Part shown: positions 12,781 to 27,580 of the stretch, piece by piece | Layout: each line of letters starts with the position of its first letter | Position numbering within the stretch: position 1 is the first letter of the stretch | Origin: the human T2T-CHM13v2.0 reference genome, Homo sapiens | Length of the DNA stretch: 64,000 bases | Direction: 5' to 3' (one strand) | Assembly (NCBI RefSeq): GCF_009914755.1 | Contig: NC_060932.1 | Translations under genes and position numbers: made by a program | The notes under the pieces: generated by a model | The model's database searches: none | Told to the model about the DNA's origin: nothing | The model's input: only the letters and a program-made list of their open reading frames with translations

Positions 12781-15700
12781 GAAGTAATCTCAGAAACATG
12801 TTTATGCTGTATCTACTCAACTAACTGTGCTGAACATTTCTATTGATAGAGCAGTTTTGAGACACTCTTCTTTTGGAATCTGCAAGTGGATATTTGGATA
12901 GATTTGAGGATTTCGTTGGAAACGGGATGATATATAAAAAGTAGACAGCAGCATTCTCAGAAACTTCTTTGTGATGTTTGCGTCCAGCTCTCAGAGTTGA
13001 ACATTCCCTTTCATAGAGTAGGTTTGAAACCCTCTTTTTATAGTGTCTGGAAGCGGGCATTTGGAGCGCTTTCAGGCCTATGCTGAAAAAGGAAATATCT
13101 ACCTATAGAAACTAGACAGAAGCATTCTGAGAATCACGTTTCTGATGTGGGTACTCAACTAACAGTGTTGATCCATTCTTTTGATACAGCAGTTTTGAAC
13201 CACACTTTTTGTAGAATCTGCAAGTGGATATTTGGATAGCTGTGAGGATTTCGTTGGAAACGGGAATGTCTTCATAGAAAATTTAGACAGAAGCATTCTC
13301 AGAACCTTGATTGTGATGTGTGTTCTCCACTAACAGAGTTGAACCTTTCTTTTGACAGAACTGTTCTGAAACATTCTTTTTATAGAATCTGGAAGTGGAT
13401 ATTTGGAAAGCTTTGAGGATTTCGTTGGAAACGGGAATATCTTCAAATCAAATCTAGCCAGAAGCATTCTAAGAAACATCTTAGGGATGTTTACATTCAA
13501 GTCACAGAGTTGAACATTCCCTTTCACAGAGCAGGTTTGAAACAATCTTCTCGTACTATCTGGCAGTGGACATTTTGAGCTCCTTGGGGCCTATGCTGAA
13601 AAAGGAAATATCTTCCGACAAAAACTAGACAGAAGCATTCGCAGAATCACGTTTGTGATGTGTGCACTCAACTGTCAGAATTGAACCTTGGTTTGGACAG
13701 AGCACTTTTGAAACACTCTTTTTGTAGAATCTGCAGGTGGATATTTGGCTAGCTTTGAGGATTTCGTTGGAAACGGTAATGTCTTCAAAGAAAATCTAGA
13801 CAGAAGCATTCTCAGAAACACCTTCGTGATGTTTGCAATCAAGTCACAGAGTTGAACCTTCCGTTTCATAGAGCAGATTGGAAACACTCTTTTTGTAGTA
13901 TCTGGAAGTGGACATTTGGAGGGCTTTGTAGCCTATCTGGAAAAAGGAAATATCTTCCCATGAATGCGAGATAGAAGTAATCTCAGAAACATGTTTATGC
14001 TGTATCTACTCAACTAACTGTGCTGAACATTTCTATTGATAGAGCAGTTTTGAGACACTCTTCTTTTGGAATCTGCAAGTGGATATTTGGATAGATTTGA
14101 GGATTTCGTTGGAAACGGGATTATATATCAAAAGTAGACAGCAGCATTCTCAGAAACTTCTTTGTGATGTTTGCATCCAGCTCTCAGAGTTGAACATTCC
14201 CTTTCATAGAGTAGGTTTGAAACCCTCTTTTTATAGTGTCTGGAAGCGGGCATTTGGAGCGCTTTCAGGCCTATGCTGAAAAAGGAAATATCTACCTATG
14301 GAAACTAGACAGAAGCATTCTGAGAATCACGTTTGTGATGTGGGTACTCAACTAACAGTGTTGATCCATTCTTTTGATACAGCAGTTTTGAACCACACTT
14401 TTTGTAGAATCTGCAAGTGGATATTTGGATAGCTGTGAGGATTTCGTTGGAAACGGGAATGTCTTCATAGAAAATTTAGACAGAAGCATTCTCAGAACCT
14501 TGATTGTGATGTGTGTTCTCCACTAACAGAGTTGAACCTTTCTTTTGACAGAACTGTTCTGAAACATTCTTTTTATAGAATCTGGAAGTGGATATTTGGA
14601 AAGCTTTGAGGATTTCGTTGGAAACGGGAATATCTTCAAATCAAATCTAGCCAGAAGCATTCTAAGAAACATCTTAGGGATGTTTACATTCAAGTCACAG
14701 AGTTGAACATTCCCTTTCACAGAGCAGGTTTGAAACAATCTTCTCGTACTATCTGGCAGTGGACATTTTGAGCTCCTTGGGGCCTATGCTGAAAAAGGAA
14801 ATATCTTCCGACAAAAACTAGACAGAAGCATTCGCAGAATCACGTTTGTGATGTGTGCACTCAACTGTCAGAATTGAACCTTGGTTTGGACAGAGCACTT
14901 TTGAAACACTCTTTTTGTAGAATCTGCAGGTGGATATTTGGCTAGCTTTGAGGATTTCGTTGGAAACGGTAATGTCTTCAAAGAAAATCTAGACAGAAGC
15001 ATTCTCAGAAACACCTTCGTGATGTTTGCAATCAAGTCACAGAGTTGAACCTTCCGTTTCATAGAGCAGGTTGGAAACACTCTTTGTAGTATCTGGAAGT
15101 GGACATTTGGAGGGCTTTGTAGCCTATCTGGAAAAAGGAAATATCTTCCCATGAATGCGAGATAGAAGTAATCTCAGAAACATGTTTATGCTGTATCTAC
15201 TCAACTAACTGTGCTGAACATTTCTATTGATAGAGCAGTTTTGAGACACTCTTCTTTTGGAATCTGCAAGTGGATATTTGGATAGATTTGAGGATTTCGT
15301 TGGAAACGGGATTATATATCAAAAGTAGACAGCAGCATTCTCAGAAACTTCTTTGTGATGTTTGCATCCAGCTCTCAGAGTTGAACATTCCCTTTCATAG
15401 AGTAGGTTTGAAACCCTCTTTTTATAGTGTCTGGAAGCGGGCATTTGGAGCGCTTTCAGGCCTATGCTGAAAAAGGAAATATCTACCTATAGAAACTAGA
15501 CAGAAGCATTCTGAGAATCACGTTTGTGATGTGGGTACTCAACTAACAGTGTTGATCCATTCTTTTGATACAGCAGTTTTGAACCACACTTTTTGTAGAA
15601 TCTGCAAGTGGATATTTGGATAGCTGTGAGGATTTCGTTGGAAACGGGAATGTCTTCATAGAAAATTTAGACAGAAGCATTCTCAGAACCTTGATTGTGA

Positions 15701-17550
15701 TGTGTGTTCTCCACTAACAGAGTTGAACCTTTCTTTTGACAGAACTGTTCTGAAACATTCTTTTTATAGAATCTGGAAGTGGATATTTGGAAAGCTTTGA
15801 GGATTTCGTTGGAAACGGGAATATCTTCAAATAAAATCTAGCCAGAAGCATTCTAAGAAACATCTTAGGGATGTTTACATTCAAGTCACAGAGTTGAACA
15901 TTCCCTTTCACAGAGCAGGTTTGAAACAATCTTCTCGTACTATCTGGCAGTGGACATTTTGAGCTCCTTGGGGCCTATGCTGAAAAAGGAAATATCTTCC
16001 GACAAAAACTAGACAGAAGCATTCGCAGAATCACGTTTGTGATGTGTGCACTCAACTGTCAGAATTGAACCTTGGTTTGGACAGAGCACTTTTGAAACAC
16101 TCTTTTTGTAGAATCTGCAGGTGGATATTTGGCTAGCTTTGAGGATTTCGTTGGAAACGGTAATGTCTTCAAAGAAAATCTAGACAGAAGCATTCTCAGA
16201 AACACCTTCGTGATGTTTGCAATCAAGTCACAGAGTTGAACCTTCCGTTTCATAGAGCAGGTTGGAAACACTCTTTTTGTAGTATCTGGAAGTGGACATT
16301 TGGAGGGCTTTGTAGCCTATCTGGAAAAAGGAAATATCTTCCCATGAATGCGAGATAGAAGTAATCTCAGAAACATGTTTATGCTGTATCTACTCAACTA
16401 ACTGTGCTGAACATTTCTATTGATAGAGCAGTTTTGAGACACTCTTCTTTTGGAATCTGCAAGTGGATATTTGGATAGATTTGAGGATTTCGTTGGAAAC
16501 GGGATTATATATCAAAAGTAGACAGCAGCATTCTCAGAAACTTCTTTGTGATGTTTGCATCCAGCTCTCAGAGTTGAACATTCCCTTTCATAGAGTAGGT
16601 TTGAAACCCTCTTTTTATAGTGTCTGGAAGCGGGCATTTGGAGCGCTTTCAGGCCTATGCTGAAAAAGGAAATATCTACCTATAGAAACTAGACAGAAGC
16701 ATTCTGAGAATCACGTTTGTGATGTGGGTACTCAACTAACAGTGTTGATCCATTCTTTTGATACAGCAGTTTTGAACCACACTTTTTGTAGAATCTGCAA
16801 GTGGATATTTGGATAGCTGTGAGGATTTCGTTGGAAACGGGAATGTCTTCATAGAAAATTTAGACAGAAGCATTCTCAGAACCTTGATTGTGATGTGTGT
16901 TCTCCACTAACAAAGTTGAACCTTTCTTTTGACAGAACTGTTCTGAAACATTCTTTTTATAGAATCTGGAAGTGGATATTTGGAAAGCTTTGAGGATTTC
17001 GTTGGAAACGGGAATATCTTCAAATCAAATCTAGCCAGAAGCATTCTAAGAAACATCTTAGGGATGTTTACATTCAAGTCACAGAGTTGAACATTCCCTT
17101 TCACAGAGCAGGTTTGAAACAATCTTCTCGTACTATCTGGCAGTGGACATTTTGAGCTCCTTGGGGCCTATGCTGAAAAAGGAAATATCTTCCGACAAAA
17201 ACTAGACAGAAGCATTCGCAGAATCACGTTTGTGATGTGTGCACTCAACTGTCAGAATTGAACCTTGGTTTGGACAGAGCACTTTTGAAACACTCTTTTT
17301 GTAGAATCTGCAGGTGGATATTTGGCTAGCTTTGAGGATTTCGTTGGAAACGGTAATGTCTTCAAAGAAAATCTAGACAGAAGCATTCTCAGAAACACCT
17401 TCGTGATGTTTGCAATCAAGTCACAGAGTTGAACCTTCCGTTTCATAGAGCAGGTTGGAAACACTCTTTTTGTAGTATCTGGAAGTGGACATTTGGAGGG
17501 CTTTTTAGCCTATCTGGAAAAAGGAAATATCTTCCCATGAATGCGAGATA
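12781..17550 (+). repeat. Four 7-mer HORs (12781, 13974, 15165, 16358)
   Basis: Spacings 1193/1191/1193/1193; 2-bp deletion in a T-run near 15083. Confidence 0.95.
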
Positions 17551-20262
17551 GAAGTAATCTCAGAAACATGTTTATGCTGTATCTACTCAACTAACTGTGC
17601 TGAGCATTTCTATTGATAGAGCAGTTTTGAGACACTCTTCTTTTGGAATCTGCAAGTGGATATTTGGATAGATTTGAGGATTTCGTTGGAAACGGGATTA
17701 TATATAAAAAGTAGACAGCAGCATTCTCAGAAACTTCTTTGTGATGTTTGCATCCAGCTCTCAGAGTTGAACATTCCCTTTCATAGAGTAGGTTTGAAAC
17801 CCTCTTTTTATAGTGTCTCGAAGCGGGCATTTGGAGCGCTTTCAGGCCTATGCTTAAAATAGGAAATATCTACCTACAGAAACTAGACAGAAGCATTCTG
17901 AGAATCACGTTTGTGATGTGGGTACTCAACTAACAGTGTTGATCCATTCTTTTGATACAGCAGTTTTGAACCACACTTTTTGTAGAATCTGCAAGAGGAT
18001 ATTTGCATAGCTGTGAGGATTTCGTTGGAAACGGGAATGTCTTTAAAGAAAATCTAGACAGAAACATTCTCAGAAACACCTTCATGATGTTTGCAATCAA
18101 GTCACAGAGTTGAACCTTCCGTTTCATAGAGCAGGTTGGAAACACTCTTATTGTAGTATCTGGAAGTGGACATTTGGAGCGCTTTCAGGCCTATGGTGAA
18201 AAAGGAAATATCTTCCCATAAAAACGACATAGAAGCTGTCTCAGGAACTTGTTTATGATGCATCTAATCAACTAACAGTGTTGAACCTTTGTACTGACAG
18301 AGCAGTTTGAAACACTCTTTTTTTGGAATCTGCAAGTGGATATTTGGATCGCTTTGAGGATTTCGTTGGAAACGGGATGCAATATAAAACGTACACAGCA
18401 GCATACTCAGAAAATACTTTGCCATATTTCCATTCAAGTCACAGAGTGGAACATTCCCATTCATAGAGCAGGTTTGAAACACTCTTTTTGGAGTATCTGG
18501 AAGTGGACATTTGGAGCGCTTTCTGAACTATGGTGAAAAAGGAAATATCTTCCAATGAAAACAAGACAGAAGCATTCTGAGAAACTTATTTGTGATGTGT
18601 GTCCTCAACAAACGGACTTGAACCTTTCGTTTCATGCAGTACTTCTGGAACACTCTTTTTGAAGATTCTGCATGCGGATATTTGGATAGCTTTGAGGATT
18701 TCGTTGGAAACGGGCTTACATGTAAAAATTAGACAGCAGCATTCTCAGAAACTTCTTTGTGGTGTCTGCATTCAAGTCACAGAATTGAACTTCCCCTCAC
18801 ATAGAGCAGTTGTGCAGCACTCTATTTGTAGTATCTGGAAGTGGACATTTGGAGGGCTTTGTAGCCTATCTGGAAAAAGGAAATATCTTCCCATGAATGC
18901 GAGATAGAAGTAATCTCAGAAACATGTTTATGCTGTATCTACTCAACTAACTGTGCTGAACATTTCTATTGATAGAGCAGTTTTGAGACACTCTTCTTTT
19001 GGAATCTGCAAGTGGATATTTGGATAGATTTGAGGATTTCGTTGGAAACGGGATTATATATAAAAAGTAGACAGCAGCATTCTCAGAAACTTCTTTGTGA
19101 TGTTTGCATCCAGCTCTCAGAGTTGAACATTCCCTTTCATAGAGTAGGTTTGAAACCCTCTTTTTATAGTGTCTGGAAGCGGGCATTTGGAGCGCTTTCA
19201 GGCCTATGCTTAAAATAGGAAATATCTACCTACAGAAACTAGACAGAACCATTCTGAGAATCACGTTTGTGATGTGGGTACTCAACTAACAGTGTTGATC
19301 CATTCTTTTGATACAGCAGTTTTGAACCACACTTTTTGTAGAATCTGCAAGAGGATATTTGGATAGCTGTGAGGATTTCGTTGGAAACGGGAATGTCTTC
19401 AAAGAAAATCTAGACAGAAGCATTCTCAGAAACACCTTCGTGATGTTTGCAATCAAGTCACAGAGTTGAACCTTCCGTTTCATAGAGCAGGTTGGAAACA
19501 CTCTTATTGTAGTATCTGGAAGTGGACATTTGGAGCGCTTTCAGGCCTATGGTGAAAAAGGAAATATCTTCCCATAAAAACGACATAGAAGCTATCTCAG
19601 GAACTTGTTTATGATGCATCTAATCAACTAACAGTGTTGAACCTTTGTACTGACAGAGCAGTTTGAAACACTCTTTTTTTGGAATCTGCAAGTGGATATT
19701 TGGATCACTTTGAGGATTTCGTTGGAAACGGGATGCAATATAAAACGTACACAGCAGCATACTCAGAAAATACTTTGCCATGTTTCCATTCAAGTCACAG
19801 AGTGGAACATTCCCATTCATAGAGCAGGTTGGAAACACTCTTTTTGGAGTATCTGGAAGTGGACATTTGGAGCGCTTTCTGAACTATGGTGAAAAAGGAA
19901 ATATCTTCCAATGAAAACAAGACAGAAGCATTCTGAGAAACTTATTTGTGATGTGTGTCCTCAACAAACGGACTTGAACCTTTCGTTTCATGCAGTACTT
20001 CTGGAACACTCTTTTTGAAGATTCTGCATGCGGATATTTGGATAGCTTTGAGGATTTCGTTGGAAACGGCCTTACATGTAAAAATTAGACAGCAGCATTC
20101 TCAGAAACTTCTTTGTGGTGTCTGCATTCAAGTCACAAAATTGAACTTCCCCTCACATAGAGCAGTTGTGCAGCACTCTATTTGTAGTATCTGGAAGTGG
20201 ACATTTGGAGGGCTTTGTAGCCTATCTGGAAAAAGGAAATATCTTCCCATGAATGCGAGATA
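17551..20262 (+). repeat. Two 8-mer HORs (17551, 18907)
   Basis: 1356-bp spacing. Confidence 0.95.
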
Positions 20263-23200
20263 GAAGTAATCTCAGAAACATGTTTATGCTGTATCTACTC
20301 AACTAACTGTGCTGAACATTTCTATTGATAGAGCAGTTTTGAGACACTCTTCTTTTGGAATCTGCAAGTGGATATTTGGATAGATTTGAGGATTTCGTTG
20401 GAAACGGGATGATATATAAAAAGTAGACAGCAGCATTCTCAGAAACTTCTTTGTGATGTTTGCGTCCAGCTCTCAGAGTTGAACATTCCCTTTCATAGAG
20501 TAGGTTTGAAACCCTCTTTTTATAGTGTCTGGAAGCGGGCATTTGGAGCGCTTTCAGGCCTATGCTGAAAAAGGAAATATCTACCTATAGAAACTAGACA
20601 GAAGCATTCTGAGAATCACGTTTCTGATGTGGGTACTCAACTAACAGTGTTGATCCATTCTTTTGATACAGCAGTTTTGAACCACACTTTTTGTAGAATC
20701 TGCAAGTGGATATTTGGATAGCTGTGAGGATTTCGTTGGAAACGGGAATGTCTTCATAGAAAATTTAGACAGAAGCATTCTCAGAACCTTGATTGTGATG
20801 TGTGTTCTCCACTAACAGAGTTGAACCTTTCTTTTGACAGAACTGTTCTGAAACATTCTTTTTATAGAATCTGGAAGTGGATATTTGGAAAGCTTTGAGG
20901 ATTTCGTTGGAAACGGGAATATCTTCAAATCAAATCTAGCCAGAAGCATTCTAAGAAACATCTTAGGGATGTTTACATTCAAGTCACAGAGTTGAACATT
21001 CCCTTTCACAGAGCAGGTTTGAAACAATCTTCTCGTACTATCTGGCAGTGGACATTTTGAGCTCCTTGGGGCCTATGCTGAAAAAGGAAATATCTTCCGA
21101 CAAAAACTAGACAGAAGCATTCGCAGAATCACGTTTGTGATGTGTGCACTCAACTGTCAGAATTGAACCTTGGTTTGGACAGAGCACTTTTGAAACACTC
21201 TTTTTGTAGAATCTGCAGGTGGATATTTGGCTAGCTTTGAGGATTTCGTTGGAAACGGTAATGTCTTCAAAGAAAATCTAGACAGAAGCATTCTCAGAAA
21301 CACCTTCGTGATGTTTGCAATCAAGTCACAGAGTTGAACCTTCCGTTTCATAGAGCAGATTGGAAACACTCTTTTTGTAGTATCTGGAAGTGGACATTTG
21401 GAGGGCTTTGTAGCCTATCTGGAAAAAGGAAATATCTTCCCATGAATGCGAGATAGAAGTAATCTCAGAAACATGTTTATGCTGTATCTACTCAACTAAC
21501 TGTGCTGAACATTTCTATTGATAGAGCAGTTTTGAGACACTCTTCTTTTGGAATCTGCAAGTGGATATTTGGATAGATTTGAGGATTTCGTTGGAAACGG
21601 GATTATATATCAAAAGTAGACAGCAGCATTCTCAGAAACTTCTTTGTGATGTTTGCATCCAGCTCTCAGAGTTGAACATTCCCTTTCATAGAGTAGGTTT
21701 GAAACCCTCTTTTTATAGTGTCTGGAAGCGGGCATTTGGAGCGCTTTCAGGCCTATGCTGAAAAAGGAAATATCTACCTATGGAAACTAGACAGAAGCAT
21801 TCTGAGAATCACGTTTGTGATGTGGGTACTCAACTAACAGTGTTGATCCATTCTTTTGATACAGCAGTTTTGAACCACACTTTTTGTAGAATCTGCAAGT
21901 GGATATTTGGATAGCTGTGAGGATTTCGTTGGAAACGGGAATGTCTTCATAGAAAATTTAGACAGAAGCATTCTCAGAACCTTGATTGTGATGTGTGTTC
22001 TCCACTAACAGAGTTGAACCTTTCTTTTGACAGAACTGTTCTGAAACATTCTTTTTATAGAATCTGGAAGTGGATATTTGGAAAGCTTTGAGGATTTCGT
22101 TGGAAACGGGAATATCTTCAAATCAAATCTAGCCAGAAGCATTCTAAGAAACATCTTAGGGATGTTTACATTCAAGTCACAGAGTTGAACATTCCCTTTC
22201 ACAGAGCAGGTTTGAAACAATCTTCTCGTACTATCTGGCAGTGGACATTTTGAGCTCCTTGGGGCCTATGCTGAAAAAGGAAATATCTTCCGACAAAAAC
22301 TAGACAGAAGCATTCGCAGAATCACGTTTGTGATGTGTGCACTCAACTGTCAGAATTGAACCTTGGTTTGGACAGAGCACTTTTGAAACACTCTTTTTGT
22401 AGAATCTGCAGGTGGATATTTGGCTAGCTTTGAGGATTTCGTTGGAAACGGTAATGTCTTCAAAGAAAATCTAGACAGAAGCATTCTCAGAAACACCTTC
22501 GTGATGTTTGCAATCATTCACAGAGTTGAACCTTCCGTTTCATAGAGCAGGTTGGAAACACTCTTTGTAGTATCTGGAAGTGGACATTTGGAGGGCTTTG
22601 TAGCCTATCTGGAAAAAGGAAATATCTTCCCATGAATGCGAGATAGAAGTAATCTCAGAAACATGTTTATGCTGTATCTACTCAACTAACTGTGCTGAAC
22701 ATTTCTATTGATAGAGCAGTTTTGAGACACTCTTCTTTTGGAATCTGCAAGTGGATATTTGGATAGATTTGAGGATTTCGTTGGAAACGGGATTATATAT
22801 CAAAAGTAGACAGCAGCATTCTCAGAAACTTCTTTGTGATGTTTGCATCCAGCTCTCAGAGTTGAACATTCCCTTTCATAGAGTAGGTTTGAAACCCTCT
22901 TTTTATAGTGTCTGGAAGCGGGCATTTGGAGCGCTTTCAGGCCTATGCTGAAAAAGGAAATATCTACCTATAGAAACTAGACAGAAGCATTCTGAGAATC
23001 ACGTTTGTGATGTGGGTACTCAACTAACAGTGTTGATCCATTCTTTTGATACAGCAGTTTTGAACCACACTTTTTGTAGAATCTGCAAGTGGATATTTGG
23101 ATAGCTGTGAGGATTTCGTTGGAAACGGGAATGTCTTCATAGAAAATTTAGACAGAAGCATTCTCAGAACCTTGATTGTGATGTGTGTTCTCCACTAACA

Positions 23201-26200
23201 GAGTTGAACCTTTCTTTTGACAGAACTGTTCTGAAACATTCTTTTTATAGAATCTGGAAGTGGATATTTGGAAAGCTTTGAGGATTTCGTTGGAAACGGG
23301 AATATCTTCAAATAAAATCTAGCCAGAAGCATTCTAAGAAACATCTTAGGGATGTTTACATTCAAGTCACAGAGTTGAACATTCCCTTTCACAGAGCAGG
23401 TTTGAAACAATCTTCTCGTACTATCTGGCAGTGGACATTTTGAGCTCCTTGGGGCCTATGCTGAAAAAGGAAATATCTTCCGACAAAAACTAGACAGAAG
23501 CATTCGCAGAATCACGTTTGTGATGTGTGCACTCAACTGTCAGAATTGAACCTTGGTTTGGACAGAGCACTTTTGAAACACTCTTTTTGTAGAATCTGCA
23601 GGTGGATATTTGGCTAGCTTTGAGGATTTCGTTGGAAACGGTAATGTCTTCAAAGAAAATCTAGACAGAAGCATTCTCAGAAACACCTTCGTGATGTTTG
23701 CAATCAAGTCACAGAGTTGAACCTTCCGTTTCATAGAGCAGGTTGGAAACACTCTTTTTGTAGTATCTGGAAGTGGACATTTGGAGGGCTTTGTAGCCTA
23801 TCTGGAAAAAGGAAATATCTTCCCATGAATGCGAGATAGAAGTAATCTCAGAAACATGTTTATGCTGTATCTACTCAACTAACTGTGCTGAACATTTCTA
23901 TTGATAGAGCAGTTTTGAGACACTCTTCTTTTGGAATCTGCAAGTGGATATTTGGATAGATTTGAGGATTTCGTTGGAAACGGGATTATATATCAAAAGT
24001 AGACAGCAGCATTCTCAGAAACTTCTTTGTGATGTTTGCATCCAGCTCTCAGAGTTGAACATTCCCTTTCATAGAGTAGGTTTGAAACCCTCTTTTTATA
24101 GTGTCTGGAAGCGGGCATTTGGAGCGCTTTCAGGCCTATGCTGAAAAAGGAAATATCTACCTATAGAAACTAGACAGAAGCATTCTGAGAATCACGTTTG
24201 TGATGTGGGTACTCAACTAACAGTGTTGATCCATTCTTTTGATACAGCAGTTTTGAACCACACTTTTTGTAGAATCTGCAAGTGGATATTTGGATAGCTG
24301 TGAGGATTTCGTTGGAAACGGGAATGTCTTCATAGAAAATTTAGACAGAAGCATTCTCAGAACCTTGATTGTGATGTGTGTTCTCCACTAACAAAGTTGA
24401 ACCTTTCTTTTGACAGAACTGTTCTGAAACATTCTTTTTATAGAATCTGGAAGTGGATATTTGGAAAGCTTTGAGGATTTCGTTGGAAACGGGAATATCT
24501 TCAAATCAAATCTAGCCAGAAGCATTCTAAGAAACATCTTAGGGATGTTTACATTCAAGTCACAGAGTTGAACATTCCCTTTCACAGAGCAGGTTTGAAA
24601 CAATCTTCTCGTACTATCTGGCAGTGGACATTTTGAGCTCCTTGGGGCCTATGCTGAAAAAGGAAATATCTTCCGACAAAAACTAGACAGAAGCATTCGC
24701 AGAATCACGTTTGTGATGTGTGCACTCAACTGTCAGAATTGAACCTTGGTTTGGACAGAGCACTTTTGAAACACTCTTTTTGTAGAATCTGCAGGTGGAT
24801 ATTTGGCTAGCTTTGAGGATTTCGTTGGAAACGGTAATGTCTTCAAAGAAAATCTAGACAGAAGCATTCTCAGAAACACCTTCGTGATGTTTGCAATCAA
24901 GTCACAGAGTTGAACCTTCCGTTTCATAGAGCAGGTTGGAAACACTCTTTTTGTAGTATCTGGAAGTGGACATTTGGAGGGCTTTGTAGCCTATCTGGAA
25001 AAAGGAAATATCTTCCCATGAATGCGAGATAGAAGTAATCTCAGAAACATGTTTATGCTGTATCTACTCAACTAACTGTGCTGAACATTTCTATTGATAG
25101 AGCAGTTTTGAGACACTCTTCTTTTGGAATCTGCAAGTGGATATTTGGATAGATTTGAGGATTTCGTTGGAAACGGGATTATATATAAAAAGTAGACAGC
25201 AGCATTCTCAGAAACTTCTTTGTGATGTTTGCATCCAGCTCTCAGAGTTGAACATTCCCTTTCATAGAGTAGGTTTGAAACCCTCTTTTTATAGTGTCTG
25301 GAAGCGGGCATTTGGAGCGCTTTCAGGCCTATGCTGAAAAAGGAAATATCTACCTACAGAAACTAGACAGAAGCATTCTGAGAATCACGTTTGTGATGTG
25401 GGTACTCAACTAACAGTGTTGATCCATTCTTTTGATACAGCAGTTTTGAACCACACTTTTTGTAGAATCTGCAAGTGGATATTTGGATAGCTGTGAGGAT
25501 TTCGTTGGAAACGGGAATGTCTTCATAGAAAATTTAGACAGAAGCATTCTCAGAACCTTGATTGTGATGTGTGTTCTCCACTAACAGAGTTGAACCTTTC
25601 TTTTGACAGAACTGTTCTGAAACATTCTTTTTATAGAATCTGGAAGTGGATATTTGGAAAGCTTTGAGGATTTCGTTGGAAACGGGAATATCTTCAAATC
25701 AAATCTAGCCAGAAGCATTCTAAGAAACATCTTAGGGATGTTTACATTCAAGTCACAGAGTTGAACATTCCCTTTCACAGAGCAGGTTTGAAACAATCTT
25801 CTCGTACTATCTGGCAGTGGACATTTTGAGCTCCTTGGGACCTATGCTGAAAAAGGAAATATCTTCCGACAAAAACTAGACAGAAGCATTCGCAGAATCA
25901 CGTTTGTGATGTGTGCACTCAACTGTCAGAATTGAACCTTGGTTTGGACAGAGCACTTTTGAAACACTCTTTTTGTAGAATCTGCAGGTGGATATTTGGC
26001 TAGCTTTGAGGATTTCGTTGGAAACGGTAATGTCTTCAAAGAAAATCTAGACAGAAGCATTCTCAGAAACACCTTCGTGATGTTTGCAATCAAGTCACAG
26101 AGTTGAACCTTCCGTTTCATAGAGCAGGTTGGAAACACTCTTTTTGTAGTATCTGGAAGTGGACATTTGGAGGGCTTTTTAGCCTATCTGGAAAAAGGAA

Positions 26201-26224
26201 ATATCTTCCCATGAATGCGAGATA
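20263..26224 (+). repeat. Five 7-mer HORs (20263, 21456, 22646, 23839, 25032)
   Basis: Spacings 1193/1190/1193/1193/1193. Confidence 0.95.
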
Positions 26225-27580
26225 GAAGTAATCTCAGAAACATGTTTATGCTGTATCTACTCAACTAACTGTGCTGAGCATTTCTATTGATAGAGCAGTT
26301 TTGAGACACTCTTCTTTTGGAATCTGCAAGTGGATATTTGGATAGATTTGAGGATTTCGTTGGAAACGGGATTATATATAAAAAGTAGACAGCAGCATTC
26401 TCAGAAACTTCTTTGTGATGTTTGCATCCAGCTCTCAGAGTTGAACATTCCCTTTCATAGAGTAGGTTTGAAACCCTCTTTTTATAGTGTCTCGAAGCGG
26501 GCATTTGGAGCGCTTTCAGGCCTATGCTTAAAATAGGAAATATCTACCTACAGAAACTAGACAGAAGCATTCTGAGAATCACGTTTGTGATGTGGGTACT
26601 CAACTAACAGTGTTGATCCATTCTTTTGATACAGCAGTTTTGAACCACACTTTTTGTAGAATCTGCAAGAGGATATTTGCATAGCTGTGAGGATTTCGTT
26701 GGAAACGGGAATGTCTTTAAAGAAAATCTAGACAGAAACATTCTCAGAAACACCTTCATGATGTTTGCAATCAAGTCACAGAGTTGAACCTTCCGTTTCA
26801 TAGAGCAGGTTGGAAACACTCTTTTTGTAGTATCTGGAAGTGGACATTTGGAGCGCTTTCAGGCCTATGGTGAAAAAGGAAATATCTTCCCATAAAAACG
26901 ACATAGAAGCTATCTCAGGAACTTGTTTATGATGCATCTAATCAACTAACAGTGTTGAACCTTTGTACTGACAGAGCACTTTGAAACACTCTTTTTTTGG
27001 AATCTGCAAGTGGATATTTGGATCGCTTTGAGGATTTCGTTGGAAACGGGATGCAATATAAAACGTACACAGCAGCATACTCAGAAAATACTTTGCCATA
27101 TTTCCATTCAAGTCACAGAGTGGAACATTCCCATTCATAGAGCAGGTTTGAAACACTCTTTTTGGAGTATCTGGAAGTGGACATTTGGAGCGCTTTCTGA
27201 ACTATGGTGAAAAAGGAAATATCTTCCAATGAAAACAAGACAGAAGCATTCTGAGAAACTTCTTTGTGATGTGTGTCCTCAACAAACGGACTTGAACCTT
27301 TCGTTTCATGCAGTACTTCTGGAACACTCTTTTTGAAGATTCTGCATGCGGATATTTGGATAGCTTTGAGGATTTCGTTGGAAACGGGCTTACATGTAAA
27401 AATTAGACAGCAGCATTCTCAGAAACTTCTTTGTGGTGTCTGCATTCAAGTCACAGAATTGAACTTCCCCTCACATAGAGCAGTTGTGCAGCACTCTATT
27501 TGTAGTATCTGGAAGTGGACATTTGGAGGGCTTTGTAGCCTATCTGGAAAAAGGAAATATCTTCCCATGAATGCGAGATA
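26225..27580 (+). repeat. One 8-mer HOR
   Basis: 1356 bp; contains i-j-k-l. Confidence 0.95.

Noticed and set aside
14868-15152. Uniquely extended 94-aa minus-strand ORF
   Set aside because: It is created by the 2-bp T-run deletion near 15083 fusing frames; there is no coding evidence.
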